Of a DNA stretch of 64,000 nt, positions 62,387-64,000 are shown piece by piece. The stretch is from Carcharhinus amblyrhynchos (taxonomy: Eukaryota), in NCBI GenBank assembly GCA_965287045.1, contig OZ336878.1, positions 104,656,001 through 104,720,000 on the forward strand. The letters are read 5' to 3'. Positions within the stretch are counted from its first letter, which is position 1. Each line of letters opens with the position of its first letter. The notes beneath the pieces are model-generated. The model searched no databases and was not told where the DNA came from. It saw nothing but the letters and a program-made list of their open reading frames with translations. A program made the position numbers and the translations under genes.

Positions 62387-64000
62387 AATAAGAACATAAG
62401 AAATAGGAGCAGGAGTAGGCCATCTGGCCCTTCGAGCCTGCCCCGCCATTCAATAAGATCATGGCTGATCTGTCGTGGCTCAGTTCCACATTCCAGCCCT
62501 CTCCCCATAAGCCTTAATCCCCTCTCTTATCAAAAACCCATCAACCCGCGTCTTAAAAATATTTAGCGAGGTAGCCTCCACCACTTCAACGGGCAGAGAA
62601 TTCCAGAGATTCACCACCCTTTGAGTGAAGAAGTTCTTCCTCAACTCCGTTCTAAACCGCCCCCCCCCTTTATCTTGAGGCTGTGCCCCCTAGTCCTACT
62701 GTCCTTTCTGAGCGGGAAGAGTCTCTCCACCTCTATCCTATCCATCCCATTCATCATCTTATACGTCTCAATGAGATCTCCCCTCATTCTTCTAAATTCT
62801 AACGAGTACAAGCCTAGTTTATTCAGCCTCTCCTCATAGCTCAACCCCCTCAACTCCGGCATCAGCCTAGTAAACCTCCTCTGCCCTCCCTCCAAGGCCA
62901 AAATATCCTTGCGTAAGTACGGCGCCCAAAACTGCACACAGTACTCCAGCTGCGGCCTCGCCAATGCCCTATATAGCAGCAGCAAGACCTCCCTACTTTT
63001 ATATTCAATCCCTCTCGCTATGAAGGCCAGCATCCCATTCGCCTTCCTGACCACCTGCTGCACCTGCAAGCTGGGTTTTTGCGACTCACGCACAAGGACC
63101 CCGAGGTCCCTCTGCACCGTCGCCTGCTGCAGTTTTTCTCCACGTAAGTAATAATCCTTCCTACCATTATTCCTACCAAAGTGGACCACCTCGCACTTGC
63201 CAACATTAAATTCCATTTGACATTTCCTGGCCCATTCGCCCAGCCTATCTAGATCCTTCTGCAGACTCTCCACACCCTCCGCGCAATTTGCCTTTCCACC
63301 AATCTTGGTGTCATCAGCAAATTTCGACACCATACACTCGGTTCTCTCCTCCAGATCATCTATATAAATGGTAAATAGCTGAGGCCCCAGCACCGACCCC
63401 TGAGGCACCCCACTAGTCACCAACCGCCAATCCGAATAGCACCCATTGACCCCCACTCTCTGCCTCCTATTTGACAACCAGTCCTCTATCCACGCTAACA
63501 CCCTACCCCCAACTCCATGTCCCCTGACCTTCTGCAATAACCTCTTGTGAGGTACCTTGTCAAACGCCTTCTGAAAATCAAGAAAGACCACATCCACCGG
63601 CTCTCCTCTATCTACCGCCCTAGACACATCCTCATAGAACTCCAGTAAATTTGTCAGACACGACTTCCCCTTAACGAAACCGTGCTGCGTCTGCTCTATG
63701 AAGCAATTCCCCTGAAGATGCCTCGCTATTTCCTCCTTGATGACGGATTCTAACATTTTACCTACAACAGACGTTAAACTAACCGGCCTATAATTCCCCG
63801 ACTGTTGCCTGGCACCCTTCTTAAACAACGGCGTAACAGTAGCCGCTTTCCAATCTTCCGGCACTTCCCCGGAATCCAGCGACGTCTGGAAAATAACCAC
63901 CAAGGCATCCACTATCACCTCCGCCATTTCTTTCAGGACCCTCGGATGCATTCCATCCGGTCCTGGGGACTTGTCCACAATCAGCCCCTCCAGTCTGTCG
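62387..64000 (-). mobile_element. Young CR1-clade LINE (HER1-like), continues beyond the window
   Basis: Intact RT domain, 3' UTR and tail; near-identical to 23813-24548. Confidence 0.97.
62641..63978 (-). CDS. CR1 ORF2 reverse transcriptase (partial; frameshift near C-terminus)
   Basis: KSPGPDG, NYRPVSLTS, FLDFQKAFDKVPH, SGVPQGSVLGP, KFADDTK; frame open to the window edge. Confidence 0.95.
   Translation of the reverse strand: MDKSPGPDGMHPRVLKEMAEVIVDALVVIFQTSLDSGEVPEDWKAATVTPLFKKGARQQSGNYRPVSLTSVVGKMLESVIKEEIARHLQGNCFIEQTQHGFVKGKSCLTNLLEFYEDVSRAVDRGEPVDVVFLDFQKAFDKVPHKRLLQKVRGHGVGGRVLAWIEDWLSNRRQRVGVNGCYSDWRLVTSGVPQGSVLGPQLFTIYIDDLEERTECMVSKFADDTKIGGKANCAEGVESLQKDLDRLGEWARKCQMEFNVGKCEVVHFGRNNGRKDYYLRGEKLQQATVQRDLGVLVRESQKPSLQVQQVVRKANGMLAFIARGIEYKSREVLLLLYRALARPQLEYCVQFWAPYLRKDILALEGGQRRFTRLMPELRGLSYEERLNKLGLYSLEFRRMRGDLIETYKMMNGMDRIEVERLFPLRKDSRTRGHSLKIKGGGGLERS

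Noticed and set aside
1-64000. Most ORF-track entries as standalone genes, and any prokaryotic system (CRISPR, retron, operon)
   Set aside because: The ORFs are short, use alternative starts, and are LINE fragments, their antisense frames or chance. There is no repeat-spacer array, and the RT motifs are eukaryotic non-LTR type.

Overview
Eukaryotic, repeat-rich vertebrate DNA, most likely from a shark (inferred from HE1-like V-SINEs, CR1/HER1-like LINEs and Penelope-like terminal repeats). No prokaryotic system is present. The ORF track is almost entirely retroelement fragments or chance ORFs and misses the real gene. Reading splice signals on the minus strand gives a gene across nearly the whole window, made of at least 15 micro-exons of 24, 27 or 36 nt (59213 down to 6763). 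All are phase 1-1 with AG/GT ends, and they splice into one stop-free 142-aa E/K/Q/L-rich coiled-coil-like peptide with two alternating exon types. Its 5' end lies beyond the right edge and its 3' end is unresolved. The introns hold CR1, Rex1/Babar, RTE and Penelope-like elements and SINEs, often nested. One LINE family carries a tRNA-type Pol III head and SINE core directly ahead of its endonuclease/RT region with no room for ORF1, and a SINE-sized derivative of it also occurs here. A minimal hammerhead ribozyme motif sits in a Penelope-like terminal repeat. Repeat family names come from recognising motifs by eye, not from a database search, and boundaries of old repeats are approximate.
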